Virus record (IMG/VR): IMGVR_UViG_3300023174_000039
Location: 62,001 to 126,000 of that record
DNA: 64,000 bases
Direction: 5' to 3' (one strand)
A model generated the notes under the pieces. The model had not been told where the DNA came from, searched no databases, and worked only from the letters and a program-made list of their open reading frames with translations. This document shows, one piece after another, positions 29,861 through 38,789 of this stretch. A program made the position numbers and the translations under genes. Position 1 is the stretch's first letter; each line of letters begins with the position of its first letter.

Positions 29861-30780
29861 TAAGTTCACACAATGAATGGGACCCATTAAAAAAGATTGT
29901 GGTAGGCACAGCTGATTATGCCAACTGGCCATTACACGATCCTGTTTTTTCAAAGGAAAGTGAAAAGACCAGCTGGAAAGAAACTCCAGTACCCAGTGGC
30001 CCTGTGCCACAATGGATCATTGATGAAGCCAACGAAGACCTTGACGGCCTGGCCAAGATTTTAACAGATCAGGGTGTGGAAGTTGTGCGCCCAGAACCCT
30101 TGAACTTTCAAACACACGATGGCATGTACAATTACTGTCCCAGAGATAGATTGTTGATTGTTGGGGACAAGGTCATTGATACTGCCATGATGTATCCCTG
30201 CAGAGACATGGAACTACAATGCTATCACGAAATACTTGGAGATGCAGAAGTAATCACCATGCCTAGAGATCAAGGTCTTGTGCTAGATGCAGCCAACATA
30301 CTACGTCTTGGACCCAATAAGATGTTGTACTTGGAAAGCGCAAGCGGCAACAAAGCTGCCTACTATTGGTTGTTGGCCAACTTACCTCCCACCACCAGCA
30401 TTGAGCTGTGTAATTTTTACGCTGGAGTACACATTGATTCGACCATTGTGCCCTTGCGTGAAGGTGTTGTCATGTTGAATGCCAGCCGTGTGAGTTTTGA
30501 CAACGTTCCTCGAGCATTTGACGGCTGGCAAAAGATCTGGGTTCGTGACGTGGTAGCACAAGGATTTCATGAATACCCTTATGCATCAAAATGGATTGCA
30601 ATGAACCTGTTGGTAGTGGACCCAGAAACTGTTATAGTGGACCGGCACCAAACCGAATTGATCAAAACCTTGGAAAGTTACCGATTCCGAGTAATTCCGC
30701 ACGAATTACGTCATAGTAGGACCTTGGGCGGTGGATTTCATTGTGTTACATTAGACCTAATTCGGCAAGCAAGAAGTTGA
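29857..30780 (+). CDS. amidinotransferase (glycine/inosamine-phosphate amidinotransferase family)
   Basis: HNEWDPL, CPRD, DAAN, HIDST, GGGFHCVT. Confidence 0.92.
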   Translation: MISSHNEWDPLKKIVVGTADYANWPLHDPVFSKESEKTSWKETPVPSGPVPQWIIDEANEDLDGLAKILTDQGVEVVRPEPLNFQTHDGMYNYCPRDRLLIVGDKVIDTAMMYPCRDMELQCYHEILGDAEVITMPRDQGLVLDAANILRLGPNKMLYLESASGNKAAYYWLLANLPPTTSIELCNFYAGVHIDSTIVPLREGVVMLNASRVSFDNVPRAFDGWQKIWVRDVVAQGFHEYPYASKWIAMNLLVVDPETVIVDRHQTELIKTLESYRFRVIPHELRHSRTLGGGFHCVTLDLIRQARS

Positions 30781-30805
30781 CTTTTTGCACAATTGAGTAT
30801 ATAAT
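30777..30805 (+). promoter_or_regulatory. sigma70 promoter for uvsE (probably leaderless mRNA)
   Basis: TTGACT-17-TATAAT with ATG 6 nt later; -35 contains the upstream TGA. Confidence 0.8.
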
Positions 30806-30811
30806 ACTCAT

Positions 30812-31840
30812 ATGAACACACGAATTGGCTTTTGTTGCAAGTGGCTTAATGATCCGTACGAATGTGGCGGCATGAAAGTTAACGCAGTGGACCGTGACCT
30901 AAACGGCAGATCAACTACCATGAGATGGCTTCGCGAACATGCGTCCGAAGCCGACCAGCGTCAATGGGACATCATGAATCACAATGCGTCAGCGGCTGTG
31001 AGAATGATTGAACGTGTGGCCACACTACCGCCTGAACGTAGAATGGTACGACTTGGCTCAGAAATGCTACAAGGCTACACCGAACCCAACTGGATTGCTT
31101 GGTGGCAACGTCAGGAAATACAAGATCACTGTGCAAAGATCTTTGCTCCAATTGGTGAAGCCGCACGTAAATATGGTGTGCGTTTGAGCTTTCATCCTGG
31201 CCAGTTTTGTGTGCTAGCAAGCGAAGCAGATGAAATTGTAGAACGTAGCATACTGGAATTTGAATATCACGTGGATATGGCACGTTGGATGGGTTATGGT
31301 AGCACATGGCATGACAACGGGTTCAAGATCAACGTACACTTGAGCGGTAAAGGTGGACCCGCTAAATTCTTGCGTACCTTGGGTAGACTCAGTCCCGAAG
31401 CAAGAAACTTAATTACCATCGAGAATGATGAGATGACAAATGGACTTGACACTACTTTGGCTGTGGCTCAGCATGTGGCTCTTGTATTGGACCTACACCA
31501 CCACTGGATTAACTCGGGGGAATACATCTCCGCGCAGGACAGTCGTGTCCAGCGGGTTATTGACTCTTGGCGCGGCGCTCGTCCTGCACTTCATTACAGT
31601 GTTAGTCGCGAGGACCTTTTGGTTGACCATGACCGAGGAACTAGACCCGATCTTGCTGAACTTCTTGCTAGAGGTTATAAGAAACAGAAACTTCGAGCAC
31701 ACAGCGACTTCTATTGGAATGACGCTGTGACCGACTGGGCATTGACTTTTGCTGATGCATTTGATATTCAATGCGAAGCCAAAGGCAAAAACCTTGCCAG
31801 TGAACAAGTTTATGAACAATATATTTCTCAGCACTCTTGA
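30812..31840 (+). CDS. uvsE: UV damage endonuclease UvsE/UvdE
   Basis: IGFCCK, RLSFHPGQF, INVH, IENDE, DLHHH, HYS, AHSD, EAK.KN. Confidence 0.93.
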   Translation: MNTRIGFCCKWLNDPYECGGMKVNAVDRDLNGRSTTMRWLREHASEADQRQWDIMNHNASAAVRMIERVATLPPERRMVRLGSEMLQGYTEPNWIAWWQRQEIQDHCAKIFAPIGEAARKYGVRLSFHPGQFCVLASEADEIVERSILEFEYHVDMARWMGYGSTWHDNGFKINVHLSGKGGPAKFLRTLGRLSPEARNLITIENDEMTNGLDTTLAVAQHVALVLDLHHHWINSGEYISAQDSRVQRVIDSWRGARPALHYSVSREDLLVDHDRGTRPDLAELLARGYKKQKLRAHSDFYWNDAVTDWALTFADAFDIQCEAKGKNLASEQVYEQYISQHS

Positions 31841-32099
31841 ATGGATACGTGATGATTTTAAGTCTCACCCAGTTCGCTTTGTTGTTGAGCTTGTTGCTTG
31901 GGCTACTAGTGTTGGTTGCAGTATTACTATGGCACTCACAGTCCCCAATCCACCGCTTCTTGCTATGTATCCTGTTTGGATCTCTGGCTGTGCCATGTAT
32001 GCTTGGGCTAGTTGGTCTAGGAAATCTTTTGGCATGCTGGCTAACTATCTACTGTTGACCACCATTGACAGTGTGGGCTTGGCACGAATGTTAACCTAG
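31812..32099 (+). CDS. small membrane protein
   Basis: Three TM-like segments; ATG at 31812. Confidence 0.7.
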   Translation: MNNIFLSTLEWIRDDFKSHPVRFVVELVAWATSVGCSITMALTVPNPPLLAMYPVWISGCAMYAWASWSRKSFGMLANYLLLTTIDSVGLARMLT

Positions 32100-32118
32100 C
32101 ATGCAATAAATAGGTGTA

Positions 32119-32760
32119 ATGAAAACCATTGCCCTATTTGTACACCAACCCAAATGCTCTGTACAAAGTGCTAACGGAATTATCGAAGCATTGAGCCCGC
32201 ACTATCGATTCAAAATCTTTACCCGCCACGAAGTTGAGCGGGATTTTTTTGACGATGTGGATGCTGTTTGTTTCCCCGGTGGCATAGGCGATGCCAGCAG
32301 TTTTGATTACTTGACGCGAGAGAATATCACCAAGATTCAAGCCTTTGTGAGCACAGGCGGAGCATATATTGGCATCTGCATGGGTGCGTATTGGGCCAGC
32401 AGCAACTACTTTGACATACTCAAGCATGTTGATGCCAAACAGTACATGCGCAGACCCGGTACAGACACACGCCGACCACATGCTAAAAACATTGACATAA
32501 CCTGGAACAATGATCCAATGAAGATGTTTTGGTATGATGGGTGTGCTCTGGTTGGCGATGAGTCAAAGTTTACAACTGTGGCCCGCTATACAGGAAACAA
32601 CGACCCAATGGCCATCATACAAAACCGCATAGGACTAATAGGGTGTCATCCTGAAAGCACACCGCATTGGTATGAATCTTACAGTTGGATGCGTAGTCGA
32701 TATCATGATGGTTACCATCACGCATTATTATTAAATTTTGTCAACAGTTTATTAGTGTAA
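32119..32760 (+). CDS. BPL_N / class I glutamine amidotransferase-like protein
   Basis: FPGG, YIGICMGAY, GCHPE catalytic triad. Confidence 0.85.
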   Translation: MKTIALFVHQPKCSVQSANGIIEALSPHYRFKIFTRHEVERDFFDDVDAVCFPGGIGDASSFDYLTRENITKIQAFVSTGGAYIGICMGAYWASSNYFDILKHVDAKQYMRRPGTDTRRPHAKNIDITWNNDPMKMFWYDGCALVGDESKFTTVARYTGNNDPMAIIQNRIGLIGCHPESTPHWYESYSWMRSRYHDGYHHALLLNFVNSLLV

Positions 32761-32789
32761 CAAAATTGTAATAGTCTTCGTCTTAAATA
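32755..32789 (+). promoter_or_regulatory. Pho-box-like direct repeat plus late TAAATA promoter
   Basis: TGTAAC(32756)/TGTAAT(32767) with 11-bp period; TAAATA at 32784. Confidence 0.7.
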
Positions 32790-32793
32790 CTTG

Positions 32794-33606
32794 ATGAAGA
32801 CATATCGCTCAATCTTTGTTAGTGATGTCCACCTTGGAACCAAAGATTGTCAAGCCGATCGTCTCAACAACTTTCTCAAACACAACTCCTGTGATACCTT
32901 ATACCTAGTAGGTGATATCATTGACGCCTGGCGCATACAACAAAACCGCTGGCGTTGGAAGCAGAGCCACACCAACGTTGTTCGTCGGGTGTTAGGTCAT
33001 GCCAAGCGTGGTACTAGAGTTGTTTATGTAGCAGGCAACCATGACGAGTTCCTGAGACCAATGATACCATATGGTTTCAGTTTTGGACTTGTAGAAATAC
33101 ACAATCAAATTGAACATATAGGTGCCGACGGCAAGCACTATCTAGTCACTCACGGCGACTTGTTTGATGGTATAACAAGACTGGCACCATGGATAGCATT
33201 CTTAGGAGACAAAGCGTATGACATCGTTCTTACTATCAACTCTAAGTACAATTGGTTACGTCATCGCATGGGTTTTGGGTACTTTAGCATTAGCCAGTTT
33301 CTTAAGCACCGAGTTAAAAAAGCTGTAGACTTTATGTTCAAGTTTGAAGAAAATCTAGCAAACTATTGCAAGAAGCGTGGGTACGATGGAGTAATCTGTG
33401 GACACATACATCATGCAGAAATAAAAGAAATCAACGGTGTTATGTATATGAACGACGGAGACTGGGTTGAATCGTGTACTGCCTTAGTAGAACACTGGGA
33501 CGGACATTGGGAAATAATTACCTGGACCAAGGAGACAGACAATGTGGGTATTGATACTACTGGCAGTTCACTTAAACGACTCAAAAGACGTGCCGGGCCG
33601 AATTGA
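32794..33606 (+). CDS. PlcP-like phospholipase C (LpxH-like metallophosphoesterase)
   Basis: SDVHLGT..CQA, VGDIID.W, GNHDEFLR, HGDLFD, GDKAY, CGHIH, NDGDWVESCTAL. Confidence 0.85.
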   Translation: MKTYRSIFVSDVHLGTKDCQADRLNNFLKHNSCDTLYLVGDIIDAWRIQQNRWRWKQSHTNVVRRVLGHAKRGTRVVYVAGNHDEFLRPMIPYGFSFGLVEIHNQIEHIGADGKHYLVTHGDLFDGITRLAPWIAFLGDKAYDIVLTINSKYNWLRHRMGFGYFSISQFLKHRVKKAVDFMFKFEENLANYCKKRGYDGVICGHIHHAEIKEINGVMYMNDGDWVESCTALVEHWDGHWEIITWTKETDNVGIDTTGSSLKRLKRRAGPN

Positions 33607-33708
33607 ATTGCTATTTCAGGATCGCGCCACATGTGAACAAAGTCTGCAGAGCATGACATATTGGTTGAAGTTTAACCAATTCAAAATTGAAGGAAGGTGT
33701 GTGAAAAA

Positions 33709-34419
33709 ATGAAACTCAGCGATAAAATTACTATTGTAGTACCTTGCAAGAATGAAGAAAACTATATTCATCATTTGTTGGATGCCTTGCGTGGCCAAGA
33801 CATTGGCAACACCAGAATCATCATAGCTGACTGTTCCACTGACGCAACTAGACAAGTGATACAAGATAATAGTGCAGGACTGAATGTTGAAATCATTGAT
33901 GGTGGTCCCGTGAGTATAGCCAAGAACCGCGGAGCAAGATTAGCAACCACTCCATACATCTTGTTTATTGATGCCGATGTACGCTTCTTTAAACCCACAG
34001 TTATTCAAGATGCTGTCAACGCCATTGAACAAAAGAACTTGGATTTAATAGGATTGAAAATTAAATGTTATGACCAAGATCCAAGAGCAAAGATAGGGTT
34101 TATTATTTTTAATACTATAAATCAAGCATTGAAATATTTCTCACCTTTTGCAGTTGGTGCATTCATGCTCACACGCAAAGATCGGTTTGAAGAATTTGGC
34201 GGTTTCCCTGAACAGCTTAGTACCTCTGAGGACTACTTCCTATCAAAGAAATACAATCCCAGAAAGTTTAAAATCATCCGACACCACCTTGGGCAAGACT
34301 CGCGCAGATTCAAGAAGATGGGATATTTAGGTATGGCCAAGTATTTGGTGAAAAATTTTGTCAATCGTAATAATCAAGCATATTGGCACAAATCAGATCA
34401 TAATCGTTACTGGATGTAA
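33709..34419 (+). CDS. glycosyltransferase family 2
   Basis: VVPCKNEE, D.STD, AKNRGA, FIDAD, GGF, ED, SRR. Confidence 0.9.
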   Translation: MKLSDKITIVVPCKNEENYIHHLLDALRGQDIGNTRIIIADCSTDATRQVIQDNSAGLNVEIIDGGPVSIAKNRGARLATTPYILFIDADVRFFKPTVIQDAVNAIEQKNLDLIGLKIKCYDQDPRAKIGFIIFNTINQALKYFSPFAVGAFMLTRKDRFEEFGGFPEQLSTSEDYFLSKKYNPRKFKIIRHHLGQDSRRFKKMGYLGMAKYLVKNFVNRNNQAYWHKSDHNRYWM

Positions 34420-34448
34420 CATTACTGTAACTATCAATCACGTAAATA
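34414..34448 (+). promoter_or_regulatory. Pho-box-like direct repeat plus late TAAATA promoter
   Basis: TGTAAC(34415)/TGTAAC(34426); TAAATA at 34443. Confidence 0.7.
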
Positions 34449-34495
34449 ACACTGTACCATGTCGGTACGCACTCATAACACCTTAAGGAGAACCC

Positions 34496-35443
34496 ATGAG
34501 ATTAGAAGACCTAGCCACAAGATTATCGGCTGTTGAAGCCAAGTTAGCTACCCTAACTGGAACCACAGTTAACACAGACAGTGCCACAAGCATTGAAGAA
34601 CTAGACACAAGACTATCCATTGTTGAAATTCAAATTGAGCAGTTAATTGCTGTAAAAACACAACAACACGTTGACGCTATTGTTGCCGCAGCCGCACAAG
34701 CAGTTGAAAGCATCCAGGACGCTGTTGCAGAAGTAGTTGCACTTTCTCCAAGTGCAGAAGTACCAGCAGCCGCTGACATTGTGGCTGACGTTGTTCAAAC
34801 TCAAGCAGAAGCACCGGCTGTAGAGCACTCAGAAGTTGCTGACATTGTTTCAGCCGCTGTTCAAGCAGTTGTTGCTGCCGAGCCAGAAGTTGTCATTGAT
34901 ACAGTGGCAATTACAGAAGCTATTATAGCCGCTGTTGCTGATGCACCTTTGCCAACCAAAGCAGGAAATTCCATAGCAAATCAAAATATCTGCGCACCTG
35001 GCAATGAGCGAGTATGGTTATACCAAGGCAACATGAGCTCTACTCAGTGGGAAGATACACTGTTGATCAAGAGTGGTTACACTTGGTTTGCTCCAGAAGC
35101 AGACGTGACTTCTGGTGTTGTTATTGATGGTGATAGCCATGATGGAATCTATCACATTACTGTGGCCGATGCTGGTGGTAATGTTGTCATTCCAACTTCT
35201 GGCAAAGTATATACTTTTGTTCCACCAGCATCTGCAACAGAACCAGCACCAGAAGTGGTGCAACAGGTTGTTGACGCAGTTGTTGAAATCATTGCTGCCG
35301 CAACAGGTGTTGACACAGTTGCTCCTGAAATTGTACAACAAGTTGCTGATGCAATTGCAACTCCAGCAGATCCAGCACTAGACGCTATTGAAGCACGTTT
35401 AAATGTTGCTGAAGCCAAAGTTGATACCTTATTGGGCAAGTGA
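34496..35443 (+). CDS. acidic Ala/Val-rich protein with terminal coiled-coil repeats
   Basis: RLSAVEAK / RLSIVE / RLNVAEAK; SD AAGGAG. Confidence 0.75.
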   Translation: MRLEDLATRLSAVEAKLATLTGTTVNTDSATSIEELDTRLSIVEIQIEQLIAVKTQQHVDAIVAAAAQAVESIQDAVAEVVALSPSAEVPAAADIVADVVQTQAEAPAVEHSEVADIVSAAVQAVVAAEPEVVIDTVAITEAIIAAVADAPLPTKAGNSIANQNICAPGNERVWLYQGNMSSTQWEDTLLIKSGYTWFAPEADVTSGVVIDGDSHDGIYHITVADAGGNVVIPTSGKVYTFVPPASATEPAPEVVQQVVDAVVEIIAAATGVDTVAPEIVQQVADAIATPADPALDAIEARLNVAEAKVDTLLGK

Positions 35444-35504
35444 TCAACAGTATTTTTAAACCGGGCACAAAATAGCGTGCCGCTGGATTTGCGTAACCAG
35501 CACT

Positions 35505-35525
35505 AGCACCTTCGGGTGCTTTTTT
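35505..35525 (+). terminator. intrinsic terminator
   Basis: AGCACC-TTCG-GGTGCT-TTTTT. Confidence 0.9.
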
Positions 35526-35582
35526 ATACTCACTAAATCTTTGTTCTAGTGCAATAAATATTAACATAATAATAACTATAAG

Positions 35583-36890
35583 GTGAGTAAGATGATAAAA
35601 AGAATTGCCCTAGGTCTGGCCAGCCTTGTGCTGGTAGCAGTTGCCACTGCACAAACTACCACTACGTCGGGTACAACTGGTGGAACAACCACAGGTACTA
35701 GTACGCTGATCAATCAAAATTCATCATTGACCGGCGGATACTCTTCAACCAGTCTAGTAGACACCAACAGCACCAGCAACAGCACCAGCTTGGTTAACTC
35801 AAACAGCAATACCACCAGCAACAGCAACAGTACCAGCAACAGCACAATCAACAGTACCAGCACAAACAACAACAATAACAACAGCACCAGTACCAGTGTA
35901 AACACCAACAACAATATTCAAAGCGGTACGGTGACCAACAACAACAACAATGTCAACAGCGGCACAATGACCTACAACAACAACAATGTGAACTCTGGTA
36001 CAATGACCTACAACAACAACAATGTCAATACTAGCACCAGTGTAAACACCAACAACAACAACAATGTCAACACTGGCACGATGACCTACAACAACAACAA
36101 TGTGAGCACAAGTAACAGCACCAGTGTAAACACCAACAACAATATCAACACTGGTGACATGACCTATAGAAACATCAACACAAGTACCAGCACAAGTACT
36201 GCCACCAACAACAACAACAATGTGAACACAGGCACGATGACCTACAACAACAACAATGTGAGTACCAGTGCTGCCACAGTTAACAATAACAATGTCAGCT
36301 CCAGCACTGCCACCAACAACAATGTCAACACTGGTGACATGACCAATAGAAACATCAGCACTTCATCTAGTACTGCCACAAACACCAATATCAATCAAAA
36401 TGCAAACGTAAACACCAACATTCAAGCAGGTGAGTTGACCAACAAGAACATCAACACCACTGAGATTACACAGCGAGTTATTCAACCACCTCCAACAGCA
36501 GTAGCACCAGCTATGTTGAGTGGCGGCAACGCTGACCTATGCTCAACTGGTAGTAGTGGCAGTATACAAACACAGGTATTTGGCATAAGTTCAGGTGGTA
36601 CCATGCGTGATATGAATTGCGAACGTCTAAAGCTATCCAAGACTCTGTACGACATGGGCATGAAGGTTGCCGCAGTTGCCACAATGTGTCAAGACCGTCG
36701 CGTGTTTGATGCCATGTTGGCTGCTGGAACACCTTGTCCATACGAAGGCAAAATTGGTGAGCAGGCCCGAGCACAATGGGATGCAAATCCAGACAAGATC
36801 CCAAAGATGCCAGAGGAAAAAATAGATGACACTTATAAGAAAATTGGTATTGGCGCTTTGCTTGGCGTTATTGTCAACAAGTTATTCTAA
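35583..36890 (+). CDS. secreted/membrane protein with long Asn/Thr/Ser repeat and conserved Cys-rich C-terminal domain
   Basis: Signal peptide; repeats; DMNCERLKLSK.LYDMGMKVAAV..MCQD..AGTPCP; C-terminal TM. Confidence 0.8.
   Translation: MSKMIKRIALGLASLVLVAVATAQTTTTSGTTGGTTTGTSTLINQNSSLTGGYSSTSLVDTNSTSNSTSLVNSNSNTTSNSNSTSNSTINSTSTNNNNNNSTSTSVNTNNNIQSGTVTNNNNNVNSGTMTYNNNNVNSGTMTYNNNNVNTSTSVNTNNNNNVNTGTMTYNNNNVSTSNSTSVNTNNNINTGDMTYRNINTSTSTSTATNNNNNVNTGTMTYNNNNVSTSAATVNNNNVSSSTATNNNVNTGDMTNRNISTSSSTATNTNINQNANVNTNIQAGELTNKNINTTEITQRVIQPPPTAVAPAMLSGGNADLCSTGSSGSIQTQVFGISSGGTMRDMNCERLKLSKTLYDMGMKVAAVATMCQDRRVFDAMLAAGTPCPYEGKIGEQARAQWDANPDKIPKMPEEKIDDTYKKIGIGALLGVIVNKLF
35760..36460 (+). repeat. 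coding AAC/ACC-rich repeat (GTMTYNNNNV units)
   Basis: ATGACCTACAACAACAACAATGT occurs four times, plus GDMT variants. Confidence 0.9.
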
Positions 36891-38694
36891 CAGCCAACAA
36901 GTTGATACAACAGGTAACCTGACTAACTTTACTAATCAGGCCAACAGTACAACCTCTACTTGGCAAAATGCCGGCACAATTGGTCAGCAGTTGACCTGCT
37001 GGGAAGCTGGCGGCCCGGGCTATTGTGGACCATTGCCCAGAGTTGCGGCCTGGGGTGCAGGGTCAAATGTCATCAACTTCTCCTATGGGTTAACTGACTT
37101 GAATCAAGTGGTCAATATTAAAAACGCATTGCCCAATTCAGGCACAGGACTACAAGTAAACGGATTTAATTTTACGTTCCAGGCCAAAAACGGCAACGGC
37201 TGGGACAATGGAATGACCGACACCTTGAGTGCTTATGTAAACATCTACAACAACACAAACTCAAAAGTATTGGAGAACTACAACTGGAATTTATCCTACA
37301 ACACACAGGGGTGGAGAAACTTTGATCTCAGCAAGACTTTCACAAGCCCATATGGTGCTCCTGATTTAGGCAACGCCCAGTATGGATTTGTGGGCAAGGA
37401 CAATAACTTTTGGGTTGGCCCTTATGGCCCTGAAATTATAAATGTTAATTTTGGTTTGAAGTATAGTGTTGATCCATGTGCCACCAATCCCTTGTACTCG
37501 CCTAGCTGTAAAGGATATGCAGACGCTCTTGCTAAATTGGCCCCAACACCGGTGGCTATAGCTACTGATGCACTACCACCCCCGCCCCCAGAATCTGGCC
37601 CACCACCACCAGGATCTCCACCACCTCCTGGCAGTCCTCCACCGTCAGATGCACCCATGGCAGGTCCGCCTCCACCCCCAGGAGCACCTGGCGCAGGCAA
37701 TAATCCCAATGCACCACCTCCAGCAAATCAACCACCACCCGGTGGAGGACAACCGGCTCGTCCTGGTGAAACAAAAACAGCCAATGACAGCAAAGCGGGT
37801 CCCAGTCTTGGCAATGTACTAAGCATGATCAGCAGTAATCAAGCCAGAATTGGCAACGAAACAAAAGCAGTAGTTCAAGCCGCAGAGTCGGCTGCTGCCA
37901 AAGATGCACAACAGGCACAGTCGCAAGCCGAATCTGTGGCTGCCACAGCAGTGATGCAAAGTCAGTCAGATACTGCAACCACTAATAACAATAGCACCAC
38001 AGCTAAATCTACCAGCAGTCAGACTCAGAATTCATCAATTGCATTGGCGTCGGCCACACAAACCACAGTGGGCAAAGTTGAAACATTGAAATCTGGCACC
38101 ACTGCTCAAGAAGCAACCGCTGCATCTCAAGCGCCTGCAGGACAAATTGAAACACTAAAAGGTGCAACTCCTCCGGTGGTCACAACTGATGTGGCCACTG
38201 TGGCTTCTGCGCCAGCAACTAACACAGGCCCTGCACCACAGTCTGCGGTCAACACAGCAACTGTCCAACCCACTACTGGTGCAGTTGAATCTTCACGTTA
38301 TGAGTTGTTTACATTGCGTGGCCCAACCAACACTGTTGAATTTGAAATACCGCAACTGGAAGGCATCAAGATAGGCACACGATCAGCACTGATGGATGCA
38401 ATAGAACAGCAGCCGATGGTTCAACAAACCGCAACACAAACACAGTCAACTTCTGCGGTGAATCGCAATGTGCAGGCCAATGAACTAGCCGGAGGTGTTG
38501 ACATTGCCAACATAGCACGTCAGCCTGCAGGCTATCAAGCATACTCAACTGCCATGCCTGATGTGGCATTTTATGCACCACGTGAAATATATCGTAATCA
38601 AGTCAACGTGGACAACGCAAGATTATTGCGTGGCTTGGGTAGTGATAGACTGCACCAAGAAATGGTTAACCAGCAGTATAAACTGGGAGAATAA
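36826..38694 (+). CDS. secreted protein with N-terminal beta domain and Pro/Ala/Thr-rich linker
   Basis: Signal peptide; DPC..NPLYSPSC.GY; poly-Pro; HQEMVNQQY. Confidence 0.75.
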   Translation: MTLIRKLVLALCLALLSTSYSNSQQVDTTGNLTNFTNQANSTTSTWQNAGTIGQQLTCWEAGGPGYCGPLPRVAAWGAGSNVINFSYGLTDLNQVVNIKNALPNSGTGLQVNGFNFTFQAKNGNGWDNGMTDTLSAYVNIYNNTNSKVLENYNWNLSYNTQGWRNFDLSKTFTSPYGAPDLGNAQYGFVGKDNNFWVGPYGPEIINVNFGLKYSVDPCATNPLYSPSCKGYADALAKLAPTPVAIATDALPPPPPESGPPPPGSPPPPGSPPPSDAPMAGPPPPPGAPGAGNNPNAPPPANQPPPGGGQPARPGETKTANDSKAGPSLGNVLSMISSNQARIGNETKAVVQAAESAAAKDAQQAQSQAESVAATAVMQSQSDTATTNNNSTTAKSTSSQTQNSSIALASATQTTVGKVETLKSGTTAQEATAASQAPAGQIETLKGATPPVVTTDVATVASAPATNTGPAPQSAVNTATVQPTTGAVESSRYELFTLRGPTNTVEFEIPQLEGIKIGTRSALMDAIEQQPMVQQTATQTQSTSAVNRNVQANELAGGVDIANIARQPAGYQAYSTAMPDVAFYAPREIYRNQVNVDNARLLRGLGSDRLHQEMVNQQYKLGE

Positions 38695-38695
38695 T

Positions 38696-38788
38696 ATGAA
38701 CGGCGAACGCATCTACAATTTAGTGTGTGAAGCGATAATAGTCGTGGGATTTGCTGTAGTAGGGTGGTATCTAATTTTAGGAGAATGA
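38696..38788 (+). CDS. 30-aa single-TM peptide
   Basis: SD GGAG; MNGERIYNLVCEAIIVVGFAVVGWYLILGE. Confidence 0.5.
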   Translation: MNGERIYNLVCEAIIVVGFAVVGWYLILGE

Positions 38789-38789
38789 A

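Noticed and set aside
32794-33606. LpxH (lipid A biosynthesis) call
   Set aside because: Has GNHD rather than the GNRD typical of LpxH; GT neighbour and Pho-box-like site favour PlcP, though this is unproven
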